From Octopus sinensis (taxonomy: Eukaryota): a DNA stretch of 64,000 nt. Position numbers and translations under genes: made by a program. A model generated the notes under the pieces. That model saw only the letters and a program-made list of their open reading frames with translations, made no database searches and had not been told where the DNA came from. Below are positions 25,825-38,164 of this stretch, one piece after another; within the stretch, counting starts at the first letter, position 1, and each line of letters starts with the position of its first letter. Location of the stretch: assembly GCF_006345805.1 (NCBI RefSeq), contig NC_043017.1:22258001-22322000 (forward strand), read 5' to 3'.

Positions 25825-26590
25825 TCTTTTATCTTTTACTTGTTTCAGTCATTAGACTGTGGCCAAGCTGGAGTATCACGTTGAAGAAAGTTTAGTTAAA
25901 TGAATTGATTCCAGTATTTATTCTTTTCTTTTTTTTTAGCCTGGTACTTATTCTATTGGTCTACTTTGTTGAACCGCTAAGTTACAGAGACATAAACAGA
26001 CCAACACCATTTGTGAAGCACAGAAACACAGACACACACACACATATTTATATATACATATATCACGTAACCACGTGATCACATGACCGACCAGACCATC
26101 AGATGTTGTTACACATCGCTGGTCACAATGCGTTCGCATTGTTTTAGCCTTTGAATGACACCACCCCGCTGGCTAAGTGAGCAGGCCAACAGAAGAAAGA
26201 ATGGGAGAAAAAGTGATGAAAGAGTACAGCAGGCATCACCACCCGCTGCCGGACCGTCGTGGAGCTTTTTTAGGTGTTTACGCTCAATAAACACTCACAA
26301 TGCCCAGTCTGGGGATCGAAACCGCGATCCTGCAACCGCGAGTCCGCTGCCCTAACCACTGGGCCATTGCGCCTCCACGTATAGTGGAGATATATATACA
26401 TATATATCTTGTTTGTAGAATTATATATATATATATAAAAATGTATGTTCAGTTTCTGCTCATCAAATCTACTCACAAGGTGTTGGTCAGACCAAGGTAA
26501 TAGTACAAGACACTTGCCCAACATTCCATACAGTGGGACTGAACCTGGAACCTTGTGGTTAGAAGTAACAATCAGGTTAAACTTCTGCCT
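25825..26590 (-). mobile_element. Diverged SINE family A hosting an insertion in its microsatellite
   Basis: Tail at 25830-26040 and head at 26445-26590 on either side of the insert. Confidence 0.8.
26063..26376 (-). mobile_element. SINE family D (C-like tRNA head, different tail)
   Basis: Minus strand GGAGGCGCAATGGCCCAGTGGTTAGGGCAGCGGACTCGCGG...GGTTTCGATCCC; CpG-rich, so probably young. Confidence 0.88.
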
Positions 26591-28459
26591 GCATTTATTT
26601 TTTCATTATGATGCTAATTAAAGCATGATGAACATCACCATGTTTCACCAAAGTTCATAAACCTACGATCAAAGGCACTCCAGTCATGACCACTCCTTAT
26701 ATAGTTAGACATAACCAATAATTTCTTCCTTTTGTTTTTAAATAAAAAGAAAAATATGGTTGCTATTTCTAGTATATTTAGTGACTACTTAGAGGCTTTC
26801 ATTAACTGGTCATAAAACTCCCTTTAAGAATATTTGTTATGATGTAAAAGAAAAATAAATAAGATGATTGTAAGACAGAAATATCATAATGAAAATAAAA
26901 ACAGCCAATCAAATAGATTTATAGTGAACCTATTGTGTAGATAGGAAATTTTGATAAACCAATAGTGGTTTCTAATTAAAATCTCATAGATTCTATTATT
27001 AAATAGTGTATCATTAGAAATAATGAATGTCATTTTAAGCAAATATTCAGTCAAACACTAATGAAAAATACAATCTCTGTAACGTTGGTTATGGAACTAA
27101 CCGAGATATCGTTCTCAACTCTTTTTTGGTTTCCAGTTTAGATTAGAAAGTAAATAAATTCATGAAATATATGTGTAATGTTTGTGAAATGTGTGCTGTT
27201 TAATGATGAATAAAAATGATGAGGAAAAGGAGGAGGCAAATGATAATAACAATGTAGAAAATAATAATAATAATTTTGTAGCCTACACCCAGGTTAGCCA
27301 TCACTGAGCAAATCTACTGATCAAAGATAGTCCAGCTGTGGCCATCCCTTCTTTATTTTAATTTTTTATCAACTCTGAAATTAGCCACAGTTGGATTTGA
27401 ACTCAGGTTGAAACAAATACTGCAAAGTATTCTGTCCAACACTCTAATGCACCTGCCATCTCACTATCTTCATAGAAAAACAATGATAAAATTAAGGTAA
27501 CTTTAAATCTGGTATCTAACCCTTTGCCTGCCCTATGTGAAATAACGACAGTTAAAGCTTTTCTGCCAATGACTGTTTACACTATTAAGTGTACTCAGAA
27601 AAATAAGCAAATAAAATTTTTTATATATTTTGAGATCACCTGTAATTTCATAAAACCACTTATAATTACTTGACAAGAACTTCGTCAAGCCAGGAATAAA
27701 TGTAGGAATAATAATAAATAAATAAAAAATAATAATTAAAAATATAAAATAAAATGAACTCTCTAATTATTTCTCTTGTGAGTATAAAGTAATTCTAAAA
27801 TGATAAGTGAGTCAAAAATAGAATAAATATTTTTCTCTCTTTAAACTAAGCAAAATAGAAGTATTCTTATGTGATTAAAACACTATTAATGGAAATAAAT
27901 AAACTATGGAAAAGTAATTTTAGCAATGGTGTATAAATTCACTGGATTTTTATCTTCAGAGAACAACATTCTCTTCTTGCTGATGTAAATAAACACATTT
28001 ACTCCAGTGACCTTAGCAGACCAATAGACACCAGTGTTTCAACATGATTGCACCTCCTCAGGGAGAAACACTATCCAGAACTCTGAAGCTAGACAAGAAT
28101 TCGTTGTTGCCGATAGAATTCTACAAGCAAGATATATTTGTTTATTTGATGTGTGATGAGGTTTACAAAGCTGATATTAAATTACCATCACCATACAAGG
28201 CAAAGACAATGGCAATCGAAACAATGACGAATATATTCATTCTTAACATATTCAAGCAGACTGAGATGTGAATAGTTATAAGTTCAAGCACGTTGCAAAT
28301 GCCACACCATACTCTGTCTGGGTAGAGCTATGACACCAGATTACAAAAATATAATTCATCCTTGTTGAATAACGAAGGGAAAGAAGGGCATAGATTTATG
28401 AAGATGTTTGCAACTCCGTAATGCAAATTTAGATATATTTACGATATTATTTCACTCAG

Positions 28460-28710
28460 ATATGGTTAGCCCACGTTTCTCTGTAAGGAGCATAAGGCCA
28501 GTTTCCCAGTTTTTCTCATGTACATAAATCATTCCTGGATGGGACACTGGTCCATTGCAGGATTACTTCTTTTTACCAGCTGAGTTGACTGGAGCAATGT
28601 GAAATAAAGTGTCTTGCTCAAGAACACAATGTGTCATCTGGTCCAGGAACAGAAACCACAATCTTACAATCATGAGTCAAACACCTCATCCACTAAGCCC
28701 CATACACCTC
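28460..28710 (-). mobile_element. tRNA-SINE with TTGAGCAAGACACTTTATTTCAC body and C-type tail
   Basis: Minus strand GGCTTAGTGG head; TGCAATGGACCAGTGTCCCATCCAGG; GGGAAACTGGCCTTATGCTCC. Confidence 0.75.
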
Positions 28711-29644
28711 CCCCGATGATATTTTTTACAGAAGCATTTAAGCCGTACAAGAAAAAATATATAGGTGTGAAATATCAAAAATAAAATAAAAAGAATAATA
28801 ATTATCCAGTGTTTTAATAACCAAGATAAACAATTTGAGTATCCTTTTTATAGTCATATTTATTTGTTTCCAGTGTGTTGTCAAAATCAGCTGAGTCTGA
28901 GGATCTACAAATACCAACCAGTTAACAACAAAGAACTGTGACACTAATTGTGTGTGTGTGTTTTTTTGCGTGCTTTGTTTTTGTTCTTTTTTCTTTATCA
29001 GTGATATTTTATCCTCTCAGTAAGTTGTTAAGTTGTTTCACGCAAATATTTTCACATGAAGATACAGTAATACTAATATTAGATTATCTATAAAAGAAGA
29101 AATGGATACACTGCAAATGTCGGAAACAATAATTTCAATGATAATAAATAGACGTCTGATCTATAGATAACCGGATGCATGATGGGAACAAAAATAAATT
29201 GAGATGAAGTAAAATACGATGAAATAAAAGGCCATATCACCATGAAAGCAGCATGAAAGTTTTGAAGAACAATTTAGGTGAATGCAAAAATAAGTTATTT
29301 GCTGTTTGCAAATACTTTAGAATTCATAATTGGAACCCTAGAGCAATGAATTTGAAGAACTCTTTGAGGGGTTGGCAAGATACCCTGCTGTTTTTATCAT
29401 GGTTTTTTGCATTTAGACAGCAATTCCAGCAATGAAATTGGTGTCAAGTTATATAAGACTCAAACTAGTACCGTTTTCTTGGATAAGCGTTGGTGATGTA
29501 AGGAAGGAAGACTTATACGATTAGGCAACAGCTGGCCTTCCTCAAAAGTCTTTAGCATTCAGAATAACTTATCAAATATAATGTTTATTAATCCACATTT
29601 TTTAGAATTAATCATGTAGTATTTTGTAGCTTCCAGATTTTAAA

Positions 29645-29830
29645 GATGGCTGTGTGTTTAGAAGCTTTCTTCCCAGCCACATGGTTCCAGGTTCAGTCAG
29701 TCTCACGGCATGGCACCTTGGGCAAGTATCTTCTACTACAGCCTCAACCGAACCAAAGCCTTGTGAGTGGATTTGGTAGATGGAAACCAGTTGCAGGTAA
29801 ATATACACATGTAAGTGTGTGTGTATGTGG
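29645..29830 (+). mobile_element. SINE family A, 5' half
   Basis: TGGCTGTGTG...CACCTTGGGCAAGTATCTTCTACTACAGCC. Confidence 0.8.
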
Positions 29831-30597
29831 GGGGGGGGAGTTGCTTATGTTCTGCACTTGTTACTGTTTGAGTGAAGCAGTGCTGCTGTTGACATTACTT
29901 GTTGACCCTGTGAGTGGTTGCTCTGCACTTTCACGGGTCTGCCTAATAAATCTCTCACTGGGAAAACAGATAAGAGTAGGCAACAGGAAAAGCACACAGC
30001 TGTAAAACCCTGTCTTAAATAACTATCCATGCAAACTCCTGCCAGCATAAAGGAAACAGATGTTAAACAAACAAGGAAATGAAAGTAGCATAGTTAAATG
30101 GAAATAACAGGGAACTGAAGATTATAATGCCTTTTGAGAGAAGCATAAAGAACACTGATTCCAAACTTGGCACATAATGCTGAGACTTTCTAAATATTTA
30201 TGAAACGATCCATTGTTATGAAGAGAATAAATATTTACCAGAGACTTATTACCAGACTTACTCCATTGTTCTGAAAGCAATGTTTTTGTATGATCTGCCA
30301 TTAATGAATAGAAACTCGGCAATTGAATCAAATCAATGGATAATTGATGTTTTGTAGAGCAGCCAAAAGAACAGACTACATATCATTACTATTATCAATA
30401 CAGTCAGTGGCTGTCTCAGTCGAGCGACAGACAAAATTCTTTGTGGTATTTAGTTGCAAGGCTTTGCGTTATGAGTTCACATCTCACCAAAGTCAGCTTT
30501 GTTTTTCATCCTTTTGAGAAAGAAAAAAATAAGTACCAGTTGAATAATGGGGTTCAACCTAATTGTCTGTACCTATCCACTAAATCTGAGGCCTTGT

Positions 30598-30825
30598 ATC
30601 ATCATCATCATCATCAGTGTCATTGTTTAACGTCCGTTTTCCATGCTGGCATGGGTTTGACGGTTTGACGGAGGACTGGCAAGCCAGTAGGCTGCATCAG
30701 GTTCCAATCTGATCTGGCAAGATTTCTACGGCTGGACACCCTTCCTAATGCCAACTACTCCAAGAGTGTAGTGGGTGCTTTTTACAAGCCAACAGCACAG
30801 GAGCCAGTCGTGCAGCACTGGTATT
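30598..30825 (-). mobile_element. Family E copy
   Basis: TTTAACGTCCGTTTTCCATGCTGGCATGGG...CCCTTCCTAATGCCAAC. Confidence 0.82.
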
Positions 30826-30949
30826 AACCAAGTTCTGTCAGAAATCAGTACAGTGCTGTAATGTCAATATTCTTGGAGGTTTATCAAATAAAGCCTACTT
30901 TTTCTTGCTTGAATGTCTTTTCAAGACATTTCATGTCCATGAGATGATA

Positions 30950-31200
30950 AGTGATGGCTCATGGTCCAGTGGTTAGGGTGTTCCACACATGATCAAGTGA
31001 TCCTGGTTTCAATTCCCAGACCAGATGGTGCCTCATATTCTTGTGTAAAAATACATCATTTCACATAGCTCCAGTCCACTCAGCTGTAAATGAATAACCC
31101 TGCAACAAGCTGGCATGCTGTTCAGAGGTACTGGTATGCACTTGGTCCTTTAAACGTTATAAAAACTGGGTAACTGGTTATATGAGTCCTAGGGCTTAAG
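30950..31200 (+). mobile_element. tRNA-SINE, same family as 28460-28710
   Basis: ATGGTCCAGTGGTTAGGG...GGTTTCAATTCC...TTTCACATAGCTCCAGTCCACTCAGCTGTAAATG. Confidence 0.75.
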
Positions 31201-31479
31201 TCGTTAATGTTTAAAGGTTGTTGATGATAATGATGGTAACTTGGTTTATATTTTCGTTGTTAAGTTGAAAAATATGCCCTCAAGATAAGTCATGATAAGG
31301 TGATTACTGAGCGTTTAGGTCAGTTTAGCAATCAACCTGATGCTTTCGATGACTGGATCTCTAGATTATATGACATTTTAAAGTCCATGACACTTGAAGA
31401 AAATATTATTAAGATCGAAAGACATGTAGTGACTGAAAGGTGTGTGTGTTTGTGTGTGTGTATTTCTCTGTCTCTCTCT

Positions 31480-31503
31480 CTATATATATAGACATATATG
31501 TGT

Positions 31504-31543
<40 letters not shown>

Positions 31544-31565
31544 TATGTATGTGTATATATATATA

Positions 31566-31600
<35 letters not shown>

Positions 31601-31650
31601 TATAAATATGTATGTATGTATGTACGTATGTGTAAATATATGTATGTATG

Positions 31651-31705
<55 letters not shown>
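31480..31705. repeat. (TA)n microsatellite
   Basis: Directly visible. Confidence 0.95.
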
Positions 31706-31706
<1 letters not shown>

Positions 31707-32265
31707 AAACTATGTGGTTGCTTCTAACCTCAGATATGTATGATATAATAATAAGCAGTCCTTTATGAATAAAGGCAGCAGTAACATTTAAGAATAACAA
31801 TGACACTTCCAAGATCTGCTATGATAACAAAAAAAAAAAACCCAAAAAAAACAAGACTTGATGCAGAAACAGCCCCAACCACCTCATCCGAACTTGACCC
31901 CACTAAATTGTATTGTTCAAACCAAAAAAAATCAACAACAACAATAAATGTTATATTTCCATATTATTCTGCTTCCTGGAAGCAACCTATGATTAACAAT
32001 TGCCAAGTGTTCAAGCAATGTTTTTGACATTTTAACACATCTCAACGAAAGATCAATGTAATAAGAGTATGGAAGTGTTCACTGACATTAAACGACCCCT
32101 GGGTAACAAATCCTTTTGTTTTCATCGCTGTTGATTGCATACAGATTCATAGACTGATGATGGACTGGTTCTTTCTGGAACACTTCAAATGTCTTAGTAA
32201 TTTACTGTTTCACAGCAATTCAGTCGGTAGAAAACCCACTTCTGATCATATTTTTATTCTCTAAC

Positions 32266-32346
32266 CTTCTTCTTCTTCTTCTCCTCCTCCTCATCATCAT
32301 CATCATCATCATCATCACCACCACCGCCGCCGCCGCCGCCGCCGCC

Positions 32347-32380
<34 letters not shown>

Positions 32381-32412
32381 CCACCACCGCAGCCGCCGCC
32401 GCCGCACCACCA

Positions 32413-32444
<32 letters not shown>

Positions 32445-32657
32445 CCACCACCGCCGCCGCCGCCGCGCGCACCACCACCACCATCATCATCATCACCACC
32501 ACCGCCGCCGCCGCCACCACCACACCACCATCATCATCATCATCATCATCACCACCACCGCCGCCGCCGCCGCCGCCGCCACCACCATCATCATCATCAT
32601 CATCATCATCATCACCACCACCACCACCGCCGCCGCCGCCGCCGCCGCCACCACCAC

Positions 32658-32689
<32 letters not shown>

Positions 32690-32781
32690 CCACCACCGCC
32701 GCCGCCGCCGCCGCCGCCACCACCACCATCATCATCACCATCACCATCACCATCATCATCATCATCATCATTATTATTATT
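32266..32781. repeat. Compound triplet array (CAT)n-(CAC)n-(CGC)n with ~60-bp higher-order period
   Basis: Directly visible; about seven CGC blocks. Confidence 0.95.
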
Positions 32782-33700
32782 CCTTAACTGATGCAGCCAG
32801 TCGTTAGAACACCATTCTAGATGCTTTCATAGTCAGTTGTCACCACTGGTCTCTATTATGTGCAGCAGGTTCGCTATGTTGTGGCCTATCCCAACGTTGA
32901 CGTCAAATCAGGGTTTTCTCCCATATGCCCCTCTTTCAGCCTCTCTTAACTGCGCCCTGAAGAAATGGCTTTGAACAGGGAGGTGTGGCAGTATACATGA
33001 CTGTACCAGGCAAGCTTTTTGCCTTTTTACCTATTTCTTTACTACCCACAAGGGGCTAAACACAGAGGGGACAAGCAAGGACAGACAAACGGATTAAGTC
33101 GATTACATCGACCCCAGTGCGTAACTGGTACTTAATTTATCGACCCCGAAAGGATGAAAGGCCAAAGTCGACCTCGGCGGAATTTGAACTCACAAAGTAA
33201 CGGCAGCCGGAAATACCTATTCTTTACTACCCACAAGGGGCTAAACACAGAGGGGACAAGCAGGACAGACAAACGGATTAAGTCGATTACATCGACCCCA
33301 GTGCGAACTGGGGTACTAATTTATCGACCCCGAAAGGATGAAAGGCAAAGTCGACTTCGGCGGAATTTGAACTCACAACGTAACGGCAGCCGAAATACCT
33401 ATTTCTTTACTACCCACAAGGGGCTAAACACAGAGGGGACAAGCAAGGACAGACAAACGGATTAAGTCGATTACATCGACCCCAGTGCGTAACTGGTACT
33501 TAATTTATCGACCCCGAAAGGATGAAAGGCAAAGTCGACTTCGGCGGAATTTGAACTCACAACGTAACGGTAGCCGAAATACCGCAAAGCATTTCGCCCG
33601 ACATGCTAACGATTCTGCCAGCTCGCCGCCTTTTTACCTGTGCAATGAGTGGCTCCTGTCTGCCAGCAGATCTTAGGACTACCCTTGATACCTCATGTTA
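32772..33700 (-). mobile_element. Old RTE LINE 3' fragment split by a SINE-B trimer
   Basis: Minus-strand QEPLIAQ|VKRQ and KLAWYSHVYCHTSLFKAI...QGAVKRG (frameshifted) read across the insertion; (ATA)/(ATG) tail. Confidence 0.75.
33031..33630 (-). mobile_element. SINE family B head-to-tail trimer
   Basis: Three ~184-bp near-identical units with one head; 12-bp TSD GCCTTTTTACCT at 33021-33032 and 33628-33639. Confidence 0.95.
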
Positions 33701-35014
33701 AATTTATATATTCTATTACAATCTTCTTACTAAAATGTACAGCAGCTAATTTTTTTTTCCTGTAAGGCAAACTATGACAGATACTATATAATAACTCTAG
33801 AACAGCATTTCTCAACTGGGGTTCCCCAGAACACTGTATTTTCTCAAATACAGTTTCCATGTGTAAATATAATAAGAGTAAATAATATCTTTTATGGTTT
33901 TTATAAAAATATAACTATTAACGGTAGGAACTTCTATAAAAGTTCTATATCATATACAATATATATATTAAACTTTTATAGAAGTTTCCATGTGTAAAGA
34001 TAGAACCCCTGAAAATAAAATAATGATAATAATAATAGTAATAATAAAAACCTTACAGAATTTTATTTTGTTTTTTTTTTCATTGGAAAGAAATTGTTCA
34101 GCCAGTGAATAGATAATAGAACCAGTTCCATTTTTGAGACATGAAGGAAAAACAAAAACATGTTTGTAGAAAGGAAAGAAATTCGTGCAAAATAAAAACT
34201 AAACAAAGTAAAGGAAAATACATAAATAAAGAAAACTAAAGAAAACTCACAGAAGCAAAAATAAAAGATGAAGTGAAAGCAGATGAAGATGATCAGAATG
34301 GCTTAGGAGTTGGTGAATCTCCAGTATTTTATCAACTCAGACATTTAGCCTTTAAATATTAATGCATGCAAAGAAGTGTGCAATCACATGCGTGTGTGTG
34401 TGTGTGTGTTTATGCAGGAAAATGGCAAGGAACAAGTGCATTCATGCAAATACTCACACAAATATTTATAATTAAAAATATTATCTTATTCCCATTCTTG
34501 TTTTTCTGGGATTTTCATTAAGTTTCACCTGAAGATTACTTCTAACGATAGAAGCAGAGTTAATGAGTACATAATGACATGTTTGATTTTTTTTTTTTTT
34601 TCTCAGATTGAAATATAGATTTTCAAAATAGCCACAGGTGTGGCTGTTTGGTTATGAAGTTTGCTTCGAATTCACATAGTTCTAGGTTCAATCCCATTGT
34701 GTGGTACCTTGGGCAACTGTCTTCTACCATGGCTCCGGACCAAACAAAGTCTTGAGAGAACATTTCGTAGATGGTAACTGAAAGAAGCTCATGGAGTAAG
34801 TATATATATTTTATCACTTATTTGTTTCAATCTTTCAATTGTTAGGCTGTGGTCATGTTGGGGCACCATCTCGAAGAATTTTAGCCAAATGAATTGACAC
34901 CGGTACTTCTTTTTATAAGCATGGTATGTATTCTCTCAATCTCTTTTGCCAAACTGCTAAGCTACAGGAACATAAACACATCAACACCAATTGCACTAAG
35001 CAAGGACACTAAAC

Positions 35015-35200
35015 TGACAGCAAATGTTTAGCGGTATTTTGTCTGTCTTTACATTCTGAGTTCAAATTCCACTGAGGTCGACTTTGCCTTTCATCCATTC
35101 AGGATCAATAAATTAGGTACCAGTTGTGTACTGGTGTCGACCTAATCAATTGGCCATTTCCCCAAAAATTTCAGGCCTTGTGCCTAGAGCAGAAAAGAAT
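35015..35200 (+). mobile_element. SINE family B variant
   Basis: GCGGTATTTTGTCTG...GAGGTCGACTTTGCCTTTCATCC...GGCCTTGTGCCTAGAGCAGAAAAG. Confidence 0.82.
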
Positions 35201-35321
35201 ATGTTTGGTAGTGCAATGAGAATATTTTTCATTTTCTTTTTCCTTGTTTTCATGAACTCGGAAATTACAGAAGACACACCAGTCCCGAGCAGCCATGAAG
35301 ATATTTCTTTTGTAAGGATAT

Positions 35322-35564
35322 TACTCTCTCTTACTCTTTTACTCTTTTACTCTTATACTTGTTTCAGTCATTTGACTGCGGCCATGCTGGAGCACCGCCT
35401 TTAGTCGAGCAACTCGACCCCGGAACTTATTCTTTTTGTAAGCCCAGTACTTATTCTATCGGTCTCTTTTGCCGAACCGCTAAGTGACGGGGACATAAAC
35501 ACACCAGCATCGGTTGTCAAGCAATGCTAAGGGAACAAACACAGACACACAAACACACACACGC

Positions 35565-35612
<48 letters not shown>

Positions 35613-35774
35613 GACAGGCTTCTTTCAGTTTCCGTCTACCAAATCCACTTACAAGGCATTGGTCGGCCCGGGGCTATAGCAGAAGACACTTGCCCAAGAT
35701 GCCACGCAGTGGGACTGAACCCGAAACCATGTGGCTGGTAAACAAGCTACTTACCACACAGCCACTCCTGCACC
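35322..35774 (-). mobile_element. SINE family A, full length
   Basis: Reverse complement of the 7993 copy. Confidence 0.95.
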
Positions 35775-36811
35775 TATTATATCCCCCATTGCTAATATTT
35801 TTTTTTATTTAAAAGCCCTCATGAAGACACTTCTATTTATTTATTTATTTATTTATTTATTTATTTTGCTGTCTTATCCCTTCATGATGCATTTCTTTGC
35901 TAACCACTTCCAGATTTTAGTTTCCTGATTCATGTCAAATAGAGTTAGTTGTTCGTTAAACATTTTGCTACTTGCTTTGCCATAGTCAAGTATAGAACGG
36001 TTCTCTGGTCATGAATAATCAGTATAAAGGTAACGAAGGCTCAATCAACAGGTAATTTCCAATAATGAAATTATTCTAGAAATAGTTGTAAGTTACTGAT
36101 ATCTGGCTATGGTGTGGAGGTGAGAGATCAAAGCAAAAGAGCGAGAGGAGCAAATGAGGGCAGGCAGAAACTGCTGTACAAGGTTAAGGTTTTGATTTAA
36201 AATCAAGCAATAGTGTCGAATGAATGTTCATGAACAAGTGTAAGGAAAAGGATTAGCCAGAAAGGTTTGTTTCAGATAGCAAAGGTTTCAGCGTTTTGTG
36301 TCAGTTGAGCTGGCATGAGAGATATGGAAGTGTCAGGAAGAATTTGCACAGAGTGAAATCTCCAAGTATGATTAAATCGGAATATCAGAGAAGAGAGCAA
36401 TTTGGCTGTTGACCTCAGTGTAGGAAATAAAATCATTGAAATGGAATGTTGGTTTCGTTGGAGAAGTTTAAAGAATGACACCAGCAGTTGGTGATAATTG
36501 TGTTGATGAGAGCCTTTCTTGGGGAATAATTGATAGCAGAACCTTTTCCACCTTAAATATAAACTCCAGTTAATGAAGGCAAATAGAGGCAAAGGTTCAA
36601 TGTAGGATAAAAGTAATAGTGCACCATATCACTATGTATATATATATGTGTGTGAGTCTATTTTGTGTGCGTGTGTATATATATATATACATATATATAT
36701 ACATATGCATATATGTGTGTTTTATATGTGTATGTGTATGCATATATATATATATATAATAGGCACAGGAGTGGCTGCGTGGTACGTAGCTTGCTTACGA
36801 ACCACATAATT

Positions 36812-37207
36812 TGTCCTATGCTTGCGAAACTGTTTCTAGAGGGAAACACAATCTTTCAAGATGATAATGCGACATTTCCCACAGCTAAAGTTGTTACTGA
36901 ATGGCACGAAGAACATTCTAGTGAAGTTGAACATCTTATCTGGCCACCTCAGTCCCCAGATCTCAATATTATTGAACATTTTAGAAAAACAAGCAAGGAG
37001 TCGATATCCTCCACCATCATCACTACAAGAACTGGAGATTGTTTAGCTGAAGAATGGACAAAAATTCCTTTGGAAAGAATTCAAACTTTGTATGAGTCCA
37101 TACTTCATAGAATTCAAGCTGTAATTATTGCCAAAGCAGTCCTACCCCATATTAAAATAAATTTGCTTGAAATTTTAACATATTTCCATTATTTTGTCCA
37201 ACTCCTG
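36812..37207 (+). mobile_element. Tc1-like transposon, DDE C-terminal fragment and right TIR
   Basis: IFQDDNA...WPPQSPDLNIIEH...EEWTKIPLERIQTLYESI; TIR ATTATTTTGTCCAACTCCTG followed by TA. Confidence 0.92.
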
Positions 37208-37209
37208 TA

Positions 37210-37225
37210 TATAGCAATGTATATG

Positions 37226-37262
<37 letters not shown>

Positions 37263-37538
37263 TTGTATATATATGTATATATGCATATATGTATATATGA
37301 AGATATATAAATATATATATATGCTTATACATATATATGTATGTATATCTATATACATTTATATATATACATATATGCATATACATATATATGTATGTAT
37401 ATCTATATACATTTATATATATACATATATGCATTTACATATATATGTATATCTATATACACTTATATAATACATATATCCATACATATATATATATATA
37501 TTATATATATATTTCATCATCATCATCATCATCGTTTA

Positions 37539-37577
<39 letters not shown>

Positions 37578-37584
37578 AATATAA

Positions 37585-37645
<61 letters not shown>

Positions 37646-37770
37646 TACATTCACACATTCATTCATATATGTGTGTGTATAATAGATACATGTATATATT
37701 ATGATGCAAGTACATGTGTGTGCCTGTTTGTGTGTGTGTGTGTGTGTGCGTGCGTGTGTGTGTGTATACA
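37210..37770. repeat. (TA)-rich microsatellite field with a ~54-bp tandem subrepeat
   Basis: Directly visible. Confidence 0.9.
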
Positions 37771-38146
37771 CTTTTAGAAACAGTTGAAGCCAACTGCAAA
37801 GAGCTAATATTTTATTATTCATTGACAGATGAAATTCTCAACAGGAAAGTTTATTCTATAAACCAAGATTACTTTTATAATTTATTTCCATTGCAACTGC
37901 AACGAACAATAATGAATATAATGATGATGATGAAGACGATGATGATGACGACGACGACGACGATGATGATGAAGCAGAAGGCTTATAATCATGAGTGTGG
38001 TGGTGAAGAGGATAAGAAGGAGAGTATCAGGGTGGCTGTCAATAGATTGTACACAGGTTAGGCACAGAAACCATTGAAATTAAGTGGTTGGGTGAGGTGG
38101 GGGGAGGGAGGAAAGTGAGGGAGGAAGGGGTAGAGATGGAGTGGTA

Positions 38147-38164
38147 GGGTGGGCGGGGTGGGGG
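38147..38164 (+). other. G-quadruplex-forming motif in a GC-rich island
   Basis: GGG-T-GGG-C-GGGG-T-GGGGG; includes a GGGCGG box. Confidence 0.6.

Noticed and set aside
33031-33630. CRISPR-like array, also considered for 40836-41482 and 55168-55912
   Set aside because: Units are long, spacers are absent, identical or microsatellite, there are no cas genes, and the context is eukaryotic.
33927-33989. Short hairpin GGAACTTCTATAAAAGTT / AACTTTTATAGAAGTTTCC considered as a terminator or pre-miRNA
   Set aside because: AT-rich and lies within a probable decayed hAT-type MITE starting CAGCATTTCTCAACTGGGG near 33803.
35950-36610. 106-aa minus-strand ORF or LINE remnant, also 19600-19900
   Set aside because: Purine-skewed sequence suggests a decayed LINE but no diagnostic motif was recognised.
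36665-37300. 211-aa ORF as a functional fusion protein
   Set aside because: Chance read-through of a TA repeat, a SINE-A head and a frameshifted Tc1 fragment.
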